Shown here: one piece after another, positions 28,400-39,000 of the stretch
Layout: each line of letters starts with the position of its first letter
How positions within the stretch are numbered: position 1 is the stretch's first letter
DNA from: Flavobacteriales bacterium
GTDB taxonomy: Bacteria > Bacteroidota > Bacteroidia > Flavobacteriales_F > PHOS-HE28
Assembly (NCBI GenBank): GCA_020635695.1
Contig: JACJZH010000005.1
Coordinates: 174,961 to 238,960, forward strand
Direction: 5' to 3'
Length of the DNA: 64,000 bases
Translations under genes and position numbers: made by a program
Notes under the pieces: generated by a model
Databases searched by the model: none
The model's input: only the letters and a program-made list of their open reading frames with translations
What the model was told of the DNA's origin: nothing

Positions 28400-29926
28400 T
28401 CAGTAGGTCCGCGGGTCGCCCCCGTCCGCTCCATGCAGGCTGTCCGGGAAGTAGCGGTCCTCCAGGCGGATGAACTCGTCGCCACGCAGGAACATGTCCA
28501 TGCCCAGCTCGCTGAGGTCGCGTTTGCCGGCCGCGGCCATCAGCTCCATCACCGTGAGCAAGGTGTTCCGGTGGAAGTGGTACACCCGTTCGCTCTTGTC
28601 GGTGACCACCAGGCCCTTCATGAGCATGCGGTCCTGGGTGGCCACGCCCGTGGGGCAGTCGTTGGTGTTGCACCGCAGGGCCTGGATGCAGCCCAGCGAG
28701 AACATGAAGCCCCGCGCGCTGTTGCAGAGGTCCGCACCCATGGCCAGCATCTTCAGCAGGTAGGCGGCGCTGAGCACCTTGCCGCTGGCGATGATCCGCA
28801 CCCGGTCCCGCAGGCCATGGCGCTTCAGGGTGCGGTGCACGAAGATCAGCGCGGGCTCCAGGGGCATGCCCACGGTGTCGGCGAACTCGAGCGGCGCCGC
28901 CCCGGTCCCGCCCTCCGCACCATCCACGGTGATGAAGTCGGGACCATCCCCCAGCTCGGCCATGATGCGGCAGAGCTCGGCGAACTCCTCGGTGCGGCCG
29001 ATGCAAAGCTTGATGCCCACCGGCTTTCCGCCGCACAGTTCGCGCAGTTGCCGGATGAAGTCGACCATCCCACGCGCATCGGTGAACGATGAATGACCGG
29101 GTGGGGAGAGCACCGTGGTGTGCGGTTCCACATGCCTGAAGCGCGCGATCTCCTCGGTGTTCTTGGCCGCAGGAAGCACGCCCCCATGCCCGGGCTTGGC
29201 GCCCTGCGACAGCTTCAGCTCGATCATCTTCACGGCCTCGTTCGCGGCCTTCTCCCGGAACAGGTCGGCATCGAAATGGCCATCCTTGTCGCGGCAGCCG
29301 AAGTAGCCCGTACCGATCTGCCAGACCACGTCGCCGCCGTGGTGCAGGTGGTAGTCGCAGAGCCCGCCTTCACCGGTGTTGTGGTAGAAGCCGCCCTTCT
29401 TCGCTCCGGCGTTCAATGCCAGCACGGCATTGGCGCTCAGGGAGCCGAAGCTCATGGCCGAGATGTTGAGCAGACTGGCCTCATAGGGCCGGGTGCAATG
29501 CGGGCCGCCGATGCGCACCCGCGGCGGATGTTCCTGCACGGGCGCCGGATACAACGAGTGGCGGATCCCCTCGTACTCCATGGCATTGATGTCCAGCTGC
29601 GTGCCGAAGGGCACCGTGTCGCTCACGTTCTTGGCCCGCGTGTAGGCCAGGGCGCGTTGCTGGCGGCTGAAGGGGCGTCCGTCCGTATGCCGCTCGATGA
29701 AGTACTGCTGGATCTCCGGCGCGATGAACTCGAAGAAATAGCGGGCATAGCCCAGCACCGGGAAGTTGCGCAGGATGGTGTGGCGGTGCTGCAGGGTGTT
29801 GAGCACCCCGATCAGGAACAACGGGAGCACCACCGCGTAGGCCCACCACACGCCCGGGACCCACCAGCCAACGATGCCAATGGCCACGATCAGGCCGATG
29901 CTCGTGGTGTAGAAGAGGTCGCGCAT
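28400..29926 (-). CDS. FMN-binding glutamate synthase family protein (GltB domain-2-like), N-terminal TM anchor
   Basis: 508 aa from the ATG at 29926. The motif KLSQGAKPGHGGVLPAAKNTEEIARFRHV...SPPGHSSF is present. Confidence 0.85.
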   Translation of the reverse strand: MRDLFYTTSIGLIVAIGIVGWWVPGVWWAYAVVLPLFLIGVLNTLQHRHTILRNFPVLGYARYFFEFIAPEIQQYFIERHTDGRPFSRQQRALAYTRAKNVSDTVPFGTQLDINAMEYEGIRHSLYPAPVQEHPPRVRIGGPHCTRPYEASLLNISAMSFGSLSANAVLALNAGAKKGGFYHNTGEGGLCDYHLHHGGDVVWQIGTGYFGCRDKDGHFDADLFREKAANEAVKMIELKLSQGAKPGHGGVLPAAKNTEEIARFRHVEPHTTVLSPPGHSSFTDARGMVDFIRQLRELCGGKPVGIKLCIGRTEEFAELCRIMAELGDGPDFITVDGAEGGTGAAPLEFADTVGMPLEPALIFVHRTLKRHGLRDRVRIIASGKVLSAAYLLKMLAMGADLCNSARGFMFSLGCIQALRCNTNDCPTGVATQDRMLMKGLVVTDKSERVYHFHRNTLLTVMELMAAAGKRDLSELGMDMFLRGDEFIRLEDRYFPDSLHGADGGDPRTY

Positions 29927-29932
29927 CCCGGC

Positions 29933-29940
29933 CAAACTTA
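29933..29940 (-). promoter_or_regulatory. -7 box TAAGTTTG 6 nt before the GltS-like ATG
   Basis: The minus strand reads TAAGTTTG-GCCGGG-ATG. Confidence 0.45.
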
Positions 29941-30005
29941 GCCAAGTGTCAGCGGTGACCCGCGGAACGTTGCGCACCTTCGTAGCCATGGGACCGGGTA
30001 GATCC

Positions 30006-33000
30006 ATGCCTCGATCATCGTTGCTTCCTTCGCTCATCGGAGTGCTGCTTGCCGTCCTGGGCTGCCGCACTCCCGGAACCCTCCTCACCATGGAACCGGG
30101 CACCTCAGACCCCCGCTGGTCCTCCATCGACTCCCTGGAGGAGAAAGGTCTCTACGCGGATGCCCTACGGCTGACCGATGAGGTGCTGGCCACGGCACGC
30201 TCCGAAGGCGATCGGTTGACGGAGTTCCGGGCGTGGATGGAGCGGGCACGTTTCCAGGGATATACCGGGGTGGATGAGTCGGTCTCGTTGGACGAGCTCG
30301 AGGCCAGGGCGGGCGACGCCCCGGAACCACTTCGCGCCCTGTTGCACAGTGCGCTGGGCCAGGCCTGGTGGCAGCGCTACGAGAACGAACGCTGGCGGGT
30401 GTTGGACCGCACCAATACCATCGGCGACCCGGACGACCCGGACACCTGGGGACAGCGCGCCTACATGGCGAAGGTGCTGGGTCATTTCCAGGCGTCTCTG
30501 GAAGCTCGTGACACGTTGGTGGAACTGCCGGTGCACGTGCTGGACGGCCTGCTGGACCCGGCGGGCGAGGCACACCTGCGACCGACCGTGTACGACCTGC
30601 TGGCACATCGGGCGCTGGCCGTGTTCACCAACCCGGAGACCCGACTGGCGGAACCGGCGTCACGTTTCCAACTGGACCAGGAGAAGGACTTCGCCCTGTT
30701 CGAGTCCTTTGCCCATCCCCGGCAGCAGCATCCGGACTCCGCCTCCTGGCTGTTCCAGGCCCTGCGCTTGTACCGCGATCTGGCCCGGCTCCACTTGTCA
30801 GACACCCGGCCCGACGCGCTCGTGGACGTGGAGCTGCAACGACTGGCCTTCGTGCGCGAACACAGTGTGCTGCCTGACAAGGACAGCCTGTACCTGGACG
30901 CGTTGACCACGCTGCGGACCCGCCTGCCCAAGGACAGCTGCTGGAGCGAGGTGACGCATGCCATGGCGCGCTTCCACGCCGGGGAAGGCGGGCGCTACCA
31001 GCGGCTGGCCGGGGACGCGTACAAGCATGCGAAGGATACGGCCCTGGCGCTGTGCGAGGAGGGCATCGCGCGTTTCCCCGGCTCGTTCGGCGCCAGGCAC
31101 TGTGAAGCGTTGAGGCGCGAGCTCACCCGCCCGGCGCTACGGCTGCAGGCGGAGGAGGCCGTTGCACCGGAACAGGCTTTTCGGGCACTGCTCTTCCACG
31201 CCAACCTGCAGGAGGTGTTCTGGCGCATCGTGCCGGAGCCGGACGACGCCTGGCAGGACCACCTGGACGCGGATGGCGTGAAGGCCTTGCGGTCCCGGAA
31301 ACCGGTCCTGCAAGGGAAGCAGGAACTGCCAGATCATGACGACCTCAACGAGCATGCCGTCGAGTTGCCATTCGAAGGCCTGCCCGTGGGCGGCTATCGC
31401 TTGGTGATCTCGGCCACCGAGGACCTGGACCCCGCCAAGGGACCGCTGGTGCATGTGCCGTTCCGAACGACGCGCCTTTCCCTGGTGGAGCGGCAAGGGC
31501 CGGAAAATGCCACGGAGCTGCTGGTGCTGGACCGGGTCACAGGTCGTCCGCTGGAAGGCGCAGAGGTGCTGTTGATGGTGCACCGGCGCGAAGGCCGAAG
31601 CACGAGTTTGGTGGAACAGGACCGGCGCCGCACGGATGCCGAAGGCCGGGTGGTCTTCCCGTTCCCCGGTGAACGTGGCAATGGGCATTGGGATGTGCGC
31701 TCCGGCGAGGACCGCATTCGTGTTGCCACGCGTTACTTCTGGCAGCGCAACGAGCTGCAGGAGCAGGAACGCATACGCACCTTCCTGTTCACCGACCGGG
31801 CCATCTACCGCCCCGGCCAGGCCGTGTTCTTCAAGGGTCTGGTGGTGCGCGGAAAGGGCGCGGACCACCAGGTGGTCAAGGACCTGACCACCTCCATCGC
31901 CTTGCACGATACGCATGGGGAGGTCGTCGCGGAACTGGCCGTCACCACCGACGCCTTCGGCAGCTTCCATGGAACCTTCACCGCGCCCACCGGTACGCTC
32001 ACCGGCGTGATGCGCCTGGCGGAGGAGCACGGCTCGCAGGCGATCCGCGTGGAGGAGTACAAGCGCCCCACCTTCGAGGTGGTCTTCGATCCGGTGGCCG
32101 GCAGCCCGGTGCTGGGTGAAGCCGTGGAGGTATCGGGCGCTGCAACGAGCTATGCCGGCGTTCCCCTGGACGGCGCTGCGGTGCAATGGCGGGTGCTGCG
32201 GGAGCCGCGCATGCCCTGGTGGTGCGGCACCTACTGGCGGTCCGTGATCCCCTGGGGAACTTCCACCGAGATCGCGCAGGGCACATCGACCTGTGATGCT
32301 TCGGGCCACTTCTCGCTCTCGTTCCCCGCGCTGGCGGATCCCGCCATTCCCATGGCCGCCGACCCGCTGTTCCACTACCGCGTGGAGGCCTCGGTGACGG
32401 ACCTGAACGGGGAAACTCAAAGCGGCAGCACGGGGTTGGTCGTTGGACAGCGCCGCTTCACCATCGACCTCGCATTGGGCGAAGGGCTCTCACGGACCGA
32501 GGCCGACAGCCTCACCGTGCGGGTGCGCAACCTCAACGGCGAGGCCCTGGAGCTCCCGGCATCCGTGACCATCGAACGCGTGGCGCCGCCCGGTGGAAAG
32601 TTGCTGAGCGAACGCATCTGGGAACGCCCCGACGGCTTCGTGTTGGACCGCGGTGAGCACACCCGGCTGTTCCCGGACGACCCCTACGACAACGAGACCG
32701 ACCCCATGACCTGGCCGGCCGAGGCGGTGGTGCTGGAACGGAATGAGGTGCGAGGACCGCTTCCGTTGGCCGACGTCAGGAGTTGGCGCGTCGGCACCTA
32801 CCGCATCACCGTTTCCGCGCAGGATGGCAACGGCGCCGAATTGACCGTTGGCCGCACCTTCGCCCTGTACGACCCGGACATCCAGTGGACCGGCTTCGAC
32901 GCGGAGGCCATGCACGTGGAACCCGTGAAGGCCCGGGTGGAGCCGGGCGGGAAGGCCGACCTGCTGCTGAGCACCGGCCTGGACAAGGCCTCGGTGCTGA

Positions 33001-36000
33001 TGGAGGTGGAGCGCGGAGGGGCGATCGCGGTGCGCCGCCGGTTCGCCCTGCGCCAGGGCCAGCAGCGCATCGAACTGCCCGTGCAGGAAAGCGACCGGGG
33101 TGGCCTCACCGTGCATTTCCTGTGCGTGGAGCGGGGTCGGGCGCATCGCCGAAGCGTGCCCATCACCGTGCCGTGGAGCAACAAGCAACTGGAGGTGGAA
33201 TGGATGTCCTTCCGCGACAAGCTGCGCCCCGGGGATCAGGAGGAGTGGCGCCTGACGATCAAAGGTCCCGGTGGCGAGGCGGTGGCCGCGCAGCTCTTGG
33301 CCGGGATGTACGACGCCTCGCTCGACGCCTTCGTACCCCATGCCTGGCAGGTGCCCGACCTGTGGCCGGTCCATCGGCCACGCTTTGCCTGGGATCAGGT
33401 GCGGCCGTTCGGGGTGGCCACTGGGCGGCCGGTGTGGTGGCAGCCTTTCCGTGTGGACGTGCCGCAGCACACCTATCCCACCCTCAACACCTTCGGGTTC
33501 CCCGGAGGAGGGATGCTTTACGCCATGGACGCCATGATGATGCGCGGTGCGGCCGAGGGGTTCGCGGATGACGACATGAACGCGGTGGAGGAGGCCGAGG
33601 ACAAGGCTGAAGCACCGGGCTCGGATGCGGGTCCCACTCCCCAGCCGCCACCGTTGGTGCGCACGGACTTCCGCGAAACGGCCTTCTTCCTGCCCGATCA
33701 GCTCACCGACCGCGACGGGAACATCGTGCTGCGCTTCACCGTGCCGGATGCGCTCACCCGCTGGAAGGTGCTGGGACTGGCCCACACCACGGCCCTGCAG
33801 TTCGCAGGCTTCGAGCGGGAAGCGATCACCCAGCGGCCGTTGATGGTGGTGCCCAACCTGCCGCGCTACTTCCGCGAAGGGGACCGCATCACCGTCACCG
33901 CCAAGATCAACGCGCTAGAGCAGCGGGTGGAAGGTCCTGCGCGGCTTGAGCTCTTCGACCCGTTCACGAATGCCGTGTTGGACAAGGCCTTCGGGCTGCA
34001 GGTGCCGGAGCAGGTCTTCGTGGCCGCCCCCGGTGCCAGTGCCTCCGTGGCCTGGGAGCTGCAGGTGCCCGAGGGTGTGCAGGCCGTCGGGGTGCGCATC
34101 ACCGCCCGGGGTGGTGGTGGACCCGTGGGTGGCGCCAGCTACGGGGATGGCGAGGAGCATGTGCTGCCCGTCCTTACCGATCGCGTGCTGGTCACCGAGA
34201 GCCTGCCCCTGCCGGTGAGCAGCCCCGGAACGCACGCCTTCACCCTGCAGAAGTTGCTGGACAGCGGGAAGAGCACCACCCTCCGTCACGAGCGGCTGCA
34301 GTTGGAGTTCACCCCGAACCCGGCATGGACGGCCGTGCAGGCGCTGCCCTACCTGATGGAGTTCCCGCATGCCTGCGCCGAACAGGTCTTCAGCAGGTAC
34401 TACGCCAACCGCCTGGCAGGCCACGTGGTGGGGGAGAAGCCACGGATCCGCGAGGTCTTCGAACAATGGCGTGAGGCCGGGCCGGACGCCTTCCTCAGTG
34501 CACTGGAGAAGGACCCGGAGCTGAAGGACATCGCGCTGGCCGAAACGCCCTGGCTGCTCGATGCTCGCGATGAGCGGGAGCGGAAGGAACAGATCGCGTT
34601 GCTGTTCGACCTGGACCGCATGGCAGGCGAGGAGGCGAAGGCGCTGCAGCAGCTGCGCGACATGCAGGGGAGCGAAGGTGCCTGGAGCTGGTTCGGCGGC
34701 ATGCGGCCTTCCCCGTACATCACGAGGCACATCGTCGCGGGCTTCGGTCATTTGGAAGCCCTTGGCGCTGCGGACCTCCGCCCGGATGGCCAGGTGCAAG
34801 GCATGCTCCAGCGCGCCGTGGGGTGGTTGGACGACCACCTGCGCGAACGGCACCGCGAGCTCAAGGACCGCCTGAGCGCCAAGGAACTTTCGGCCTACCG
34901 GCCCGGTCCGGACGAACTGCACCACCTCTACGCCCGGAGCTTCTTCCGGCGCTGGCCGGTGGCCGGAGCGAATGCCGCTGTCTACCGGTTCTATCAGGAA
35001 CGGGCCGCTGCGGAATGGCTCTCCTACGGTCTGCAGGAGCAACTGTTGTTGGCCCTGGCCCTGCACCGGTCGGGGGATGTGTCCACCGCACGGGACATCC
35101 TGAACTCCCTGCGGCAGCGAGCCACGATCGATGATGAGCTGGGCATGACCTGGAAGAGCTTCCACGCCGGCATGGACTGGTGGGCCTTCCCTGCCGAGAC
35201 CCATGCGCTGGCCATCGAGGCCTTCCACGAAGTGGCCGGGGATGACGAGGCCGTGAAGCAACTGCGCATCCACCTGCTGAAGCTGAAACGGACCACCGAC
35301 TGGAAGACCACCAAGGCCACGGCCGAGGCGGTGCACGCCCTGTTGCTCGGCGGCCCGGACCTGCTGGGCGAAGGACCCGCTCCGGTGATCACGGTGGGCA
35401 GTGAGCGTGTGGATCCTTCCGCCCAGGAGCCCGGCACCGGGGCCTTCAGCGCCACCTGGGGGCCGGAGGAGGTGCGGCCGGACATGGGCCGGGTGACGGT
35501 GACCACCACGGACGACCGCGTGGCCTGGGGTGCGCTGCACTGGCGCTACTTCGAGCGGATGGACGCCGTGACCCCGCATGAAAGCCCCTTCGACCTGAGC
35601 CGGCAGGTGATGCTCCGGGAGAACACCGACGAGGGCCCCGTGCTGGTGCCGCTGGACCAGGCCCGTACCCTGCGGCCGGGAGACGTGCTCACCGTGCGCA
35701 TCGAGCTGCGTACGGACCGTTGGCTGGACTTCGTTCACCTGAAGGACCTCCGCGCCGCCGGTACCGAGCCCCTGGAACGGCTGAGCGGGTACCGGTACCA
35801 GGACGGGTTGGGCCATTACCAGAGCGTGCGCGATGCCGCGCTGCACATCTTCATCGACCGGATGGCGCCGGGTACCTACGTGTTCGAGCACGAGCTGCGC
35901 GTGACGCACGACGGGGACTTCAGCCAGGGGATCACGAGCGCCCAATGCCTGTACGCGCCCGAGTTCAACTCGCACAGCGAAGGCGTTCGGGTGGTGGTAG

Positions 36001-36008
36001 GATACTAA
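30006..36008 (+). CDS. Alpha-2-macroglobulin family lipoprotein with an intact CxEQ thioester motif
   Basis: 2000 aa from the ATG at 30006 (lipobox LLAVLGC). It has EEYKRPTFEV and ETAFFLPDQLTD...PDALTRWKV MG-domain motifs. The thioester site FPHACAEQ is encoded at 34374-34385. Confidence 0.85.
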   Translation: MPRSSLLPSLIGVLLAVLGCRTPGTLLTMEPGTSDPRWSSIDSLEEKGLYADALRLTDEVLATARSEGDRLTEFRAWMERARFQGYTGVDESVSLDELEARAGDAPEPLRALLHSALGQAWWQRYENERWRVLDRTNTIGDPDDPDTWGQRAYMAKVLGHFQASLEARDTLVELPVHVLDGLLDPAGEAHLRPTVYDLLAHRALAVFTNPETRLAEPASRFQLDQEKDFALFESFAHPRQQHPDSASWLFQALRLYRDLARLHLSDTRPDALVDVELQRLAFVREHSVLPDKDSLYLDALTTLRTRLPKDSCWSEVTHAMARFHAGEGGRYQRLAGDAYKHAKDTALALCEEGIARFPGSFGARHCEALRRELTRPALRLQAEEAVAPEQAFRALLFHANLQEVFWRIVPEPDDAWQDHLDADGVKALRSRKPVLQGKQELPDHDDLNEHAVELPFEGLPVGGYRLVISATEDLDPAKGPLVHVPFRTTRLSLVERQGPENATELLVLDRVTGRPLEGAEVLLMVHRREGRSTSLVEQDRRRTDAEGRVVFPFPGERGNGHWDVRSGEDRIRVATRYFWQRNELQEQERIRTFLFTDRAIYRPGQAVFFKGLVVRGKGADHQVVKDLTTSIALHDTHGEVVAELAVTTDAFGSFHGTFTAPTGTLTGVMRLAEEHGSQAIRVEEYKRPTFEVVFDPVAGSPVLGEAVEVSGAATSYAGVPLDGAAVQWRVLREPRMPWWCGTYWRSVIPWGTSTEIAQGTSTCDASGHFSLSFPALADPAIPMAADPLFHYRVEASVTDLNGETQSGSTGLVVGQRRFTIDLALGEGLSRTEADSLTVRVRNLNGEALELPASVTIERVAPPGGKLLSERIWERPDGFVLDRGEHTRLFPDDPYDNETDPMTWPAEAVVLERNEVRGPLPLADVRSWRVGTYRITVSAQDGNGAELTVGRTFALYDPDIQWTGFDAEAMHVEPVKARVEPGGKADLLLSTGLDKASVLMEVERGGAIAVRRRFALRQGQQRIELPVQESDRGGLTVHFLCVERGRAHRRSVPITVPWSNKQLEVEWMSFRDKLRPGDQEEWRLTIKGPGGEAVAAQLLAGMYDASLDAFVPHAWQVPDLWPVHRPRFAWDQVRPFGVATGRPVWWQPFRVDVPQHTYPTLNTFGFPGGGMLYAMDAMMMRGAAEGFADDDMNAVEEAEDKAEAPGSDAGPTPQPPPLVRTDFRETAFFLPDQLTDRDGNIVLRFTVPDALTRWKVLGLAHTTALQFAGFEREAITQRPLMVVPNLPRYFREGDRITVTAKINALEQRVEGPARLELFDPFTNAVLDKAFGLQVPEQVFVAAPGASASVAWELQVPEGVQAVGVRITARGGGGPVGGASYGDGEEHVLPVLTDRVLVTESLPLPVSSPGTHAFTLQKLLDSGKSTTLRHERLQLEFTPNPAWTAVQALPYLMEFPHACAEQVFSRYYANRLAGHVVGEKPRIREVFEQWREAGPDAFLSALEKDPELKDIALAETPWLLDARDERERKEQIALLFDLDRMAGEEAKALQQLRDMQGSEGAWSWFGGMRPSPYITRHIVAGFGHLEALGAADLRPDGQVQGMLQRAVGWLDDHLRERHRELKDRLSAKELSAYRPGPDELHHLYARSFFRRWPVAGANAAVYRFYQERAAAEWLSYGLQEQLLLALALHRSGDVSTARDILNSLRQRATIDDELGMTWKSFHAGMDWWAFPAETHALAIEAFHEVAGDDEAVKQLRIHLLKLKRTTDWKTTKATAEAVHALLLGGPDLLGEGPAPVITVGSERVDPSAQEPGTGAFSATWGPEEVRPDMGRVTVTTTDDRVAWGALHWRYFERMDAVTPHESPFDLSRQVMLRENTDEGPVLVPLDQARTLRPGDVLTVRIELRTDRWLDFVHLKDLRAAGTEPLERLSGYRYQDGLGHYQSVRDAALHIFIDRMAPGTYVFEHELRVTHDGDFSQGITSAQCLYAPEFNSHSEGVRVVVGY

Positions 36009-36077
36009 GATGGCGGCGACCTAAGTCCTTGCGCGGCAGGGCGAACTGCCCTATTGTTGCGGCACATTCTCGAATCC

Positions 36078-39000
36078 ATGATGCGCTACAGCCCTGCCTT
36101 CCTGACCTTGGCCTTGCTGACCGTGACGGGTGTCCGGGCCCAGGAACAGGAATACGTTGAACTGCACAATGCCGAGGTGATCCATATGGACTTCCTCGGG
36201 CTCACCCCGGCATACAGGGATTGGGACGCTTCGCAGGAGTTCCCCGACCCGATCGTGCGGACGGAGCGAGGCCTGTTGATCCCCCATGAGGAGCTGGAGA
36301 ACAAGGGGCTTCATCAGAAGCTGAACCCCAAGGCACGGCCGTATGGTGCCGATCCGGTCTGGCAGCAGGACTTCGGGCAGAAGTCTTCGCGCAACCGGGC
36401 GCTCGACCTGACCCAGGACGGCATCGGTTACACCAGCGTGAACCCGGCAGACCCCTGCCTGGACGTGGGACCCAACCACGTGGTGCAAATGATCAATGGC
36501 GGTTCCGGCTCCTATTTCCAGGTGTTCGACAAGAACGGGTCCTCGCTGGGCGCGGCGGTCTATCTGGACAACTTCGTCGGCTCCGTGGGCGGCGCCGGTG
36601 ATCCGATCGTGCTGTACGATGCCATTGCCGACCGCTGGCTCATGAGCGAGTTCGCTGCCAGCGGCAACCGCCTGTTGGTGGCGATCAGCCAGACACCCGA
36701 CCCGACCGGCTCCTGGTACGCGTACAGTTTCACCACACCCAACTTTCCGGACTATCCGAAGTACAGTGTGTGGAACAGCATGTACATGGTGACAAGCAAC
36801 GAAGGGACCGGTTGTCCGATCTATGCGCTGGACCGCACCAAGATGCTGGCTGGCGACCCCTCGGCCACCACGCAGCGCTTCACCACCCCCGACTACCCGA
36901 CCATCGGGTTCCAGGCCACCACCCCGATCACCTTCGACGGTGGTTCCGCACCGCCCGCCGGGGCTCCGGCGATGCTCATGCGCATGGCCGATGATGCCTG
37001 GTCCGCGTCGATCCCCAACGACCGGCTGGAGCTCTGGACCTTGACCGTGGACTTCACCACGCCGGGGAACTCCGTGCTCAGTGGCCCGACCACCTATGCC
37101 ACACAACCATTCGATACCGAACTGTGCGGCTACACATCGTTCTCGTGCATCGATCAACCGGGCACGAGCGTGAACCTGGACCCCCTGCGCGAGGTGATCA
37201 TGAACCGGGCGCACTACCGGAACCTGGGCACACATGAAGTGATCGTGTGCAACCACGTGACCGATGTGGATGGCACCGATCATGCGGGCATCCGCTGGTA
37301 TGAGCTGCGGCGGACGGGAGGCCCGGGCCAGCCTTGGAGCATCCACCAGCAGGGCACCTATGCCCCTGACGGGGACAGCCGCTGGATGGCAGGGATCGCG
37401 ATCAATGACCTGGGGGACATCGCTCTGGCCTACAGCGTGAGCAGCGGCAGCACCGCGCCCTCCCTGCGGTACACGGGACGGAACGCCAGTGATCCGCTGG
37501 GCCAGATGACCGTCACCGAGACCTCCATCGCCGCGGGAACCAGCGGGAACGCCAGCAACCGGTGGGGCGATTACTTCTCGCTGGACACCGACCCCAGCAC
37601 GGGAAGTTTCTGGGGGACGGGTTGCTACAACACCACGTCGTCCTGGCGCACCCGGATCTTCGAGTTCAGCCTGCCGGTCACGTCACCGGACTATACCCTG
37701 GCGGTGACCAGCAACACGGCCACCGCCTGCCAGCCGACCGCCGCCAGCTATACCATCCAGGTGGGCTCCCTGCTCGGCTACAGCGCACCGGTCACCTTGT
37801 CCGTGACCGGACTTCCCGCAGGACTCACGGCAGCGTTCTCCTCGAACCCGGTGACCCCTGGAGGAAGCAGTACGCTGACCATCGGCAACACGGGCTCCGT
37901 GGCCATGGGCAGCTACGGGTTCACCCTCCAGGCCAGCAGTACCAGCGGCCCCAAGAGCCTTCCCTTGACCCTGGAGGTGACCGCTACGCCGGGAGCCACG
38001 ACCCTGCTCGCCCCGGCCAACGGCGCCACGGGGGTCAGCGGGGCCCTGAGCTGGAACGCGGCGGCGAACGCCGATAGTTATTCCGTGACCATCGCCACGG
38101 ATGCCGGCCTGTTGAACGTGGTGGAGTCCGCCACGGGCGTCATCGGCACCAGCTACACCCCTACCACGGCCACCGCGCCGTTGACCACCTACTTCTGGCG
38201 GGTCCAGGCCGGGAACGCCTGCGGGAACGGGGCAGCCTCACCGACCTGGTCGTTCACCACGGGCGACTGCGTGCCGCTGGTGATCAAGATCGTGCTGGAC
38301 CGGTATGGGAGCGAGACCACGTGGACCCTGGAGGATGACAACAACGCGGTGGTCGCTTCCGGTGGCCCCTACACGGACGAAGCGACCAACGGCGAATACC
38401 CTCAGCCTGATGTGAACGTATGCGTTCCCGAGGGCTGTTATTCCCTGATCGTGAACGACTCGTTCGGCGACGGGAATTGCTGTGCCTACGGAAATGGCGT
38501 GATCAGCGTGGAGGTGGCCGGGACCGAGGTGGCCGCCGTGTCGGGCGACATCAACATCAACAACCCGGTATCCGCCGCGTTCTGCGTGCCGCGCTGCACG
38601 TCCACCTATCCGTTCTCCGATGACCTGGAGAACGGCACCCAGAACTGGACACAGGATGCCACGGACGACTTCGACTGGACCCTGAACAGTGGCGGCACGC
38701 CGTCGGGCAGCACTGGTCCGGCAGGGGACCATACCACCGGCACCGGTTCCTATCTCTACACCGAGGCGAGCAACCCGAACTTCCCCTCCAGGACCGCGGC
38801 ATTCTCCCGCTGCTTTGACCTTTCGGCAGCCAATGGAGCGACCCTGGGGTTCTGGTACCACATGTTCGGGGCGTTCATGGGAACGCTGCATGTGGATGTC
38901 TTTGATGGGTCCACGTGGAACAACTCGGTCTGGTCCCGTTCCGGCGATCAGGGCGATGTCTGGCAGCAGGCCACCGTGGACCTGACGCCTTACCTGGCCG

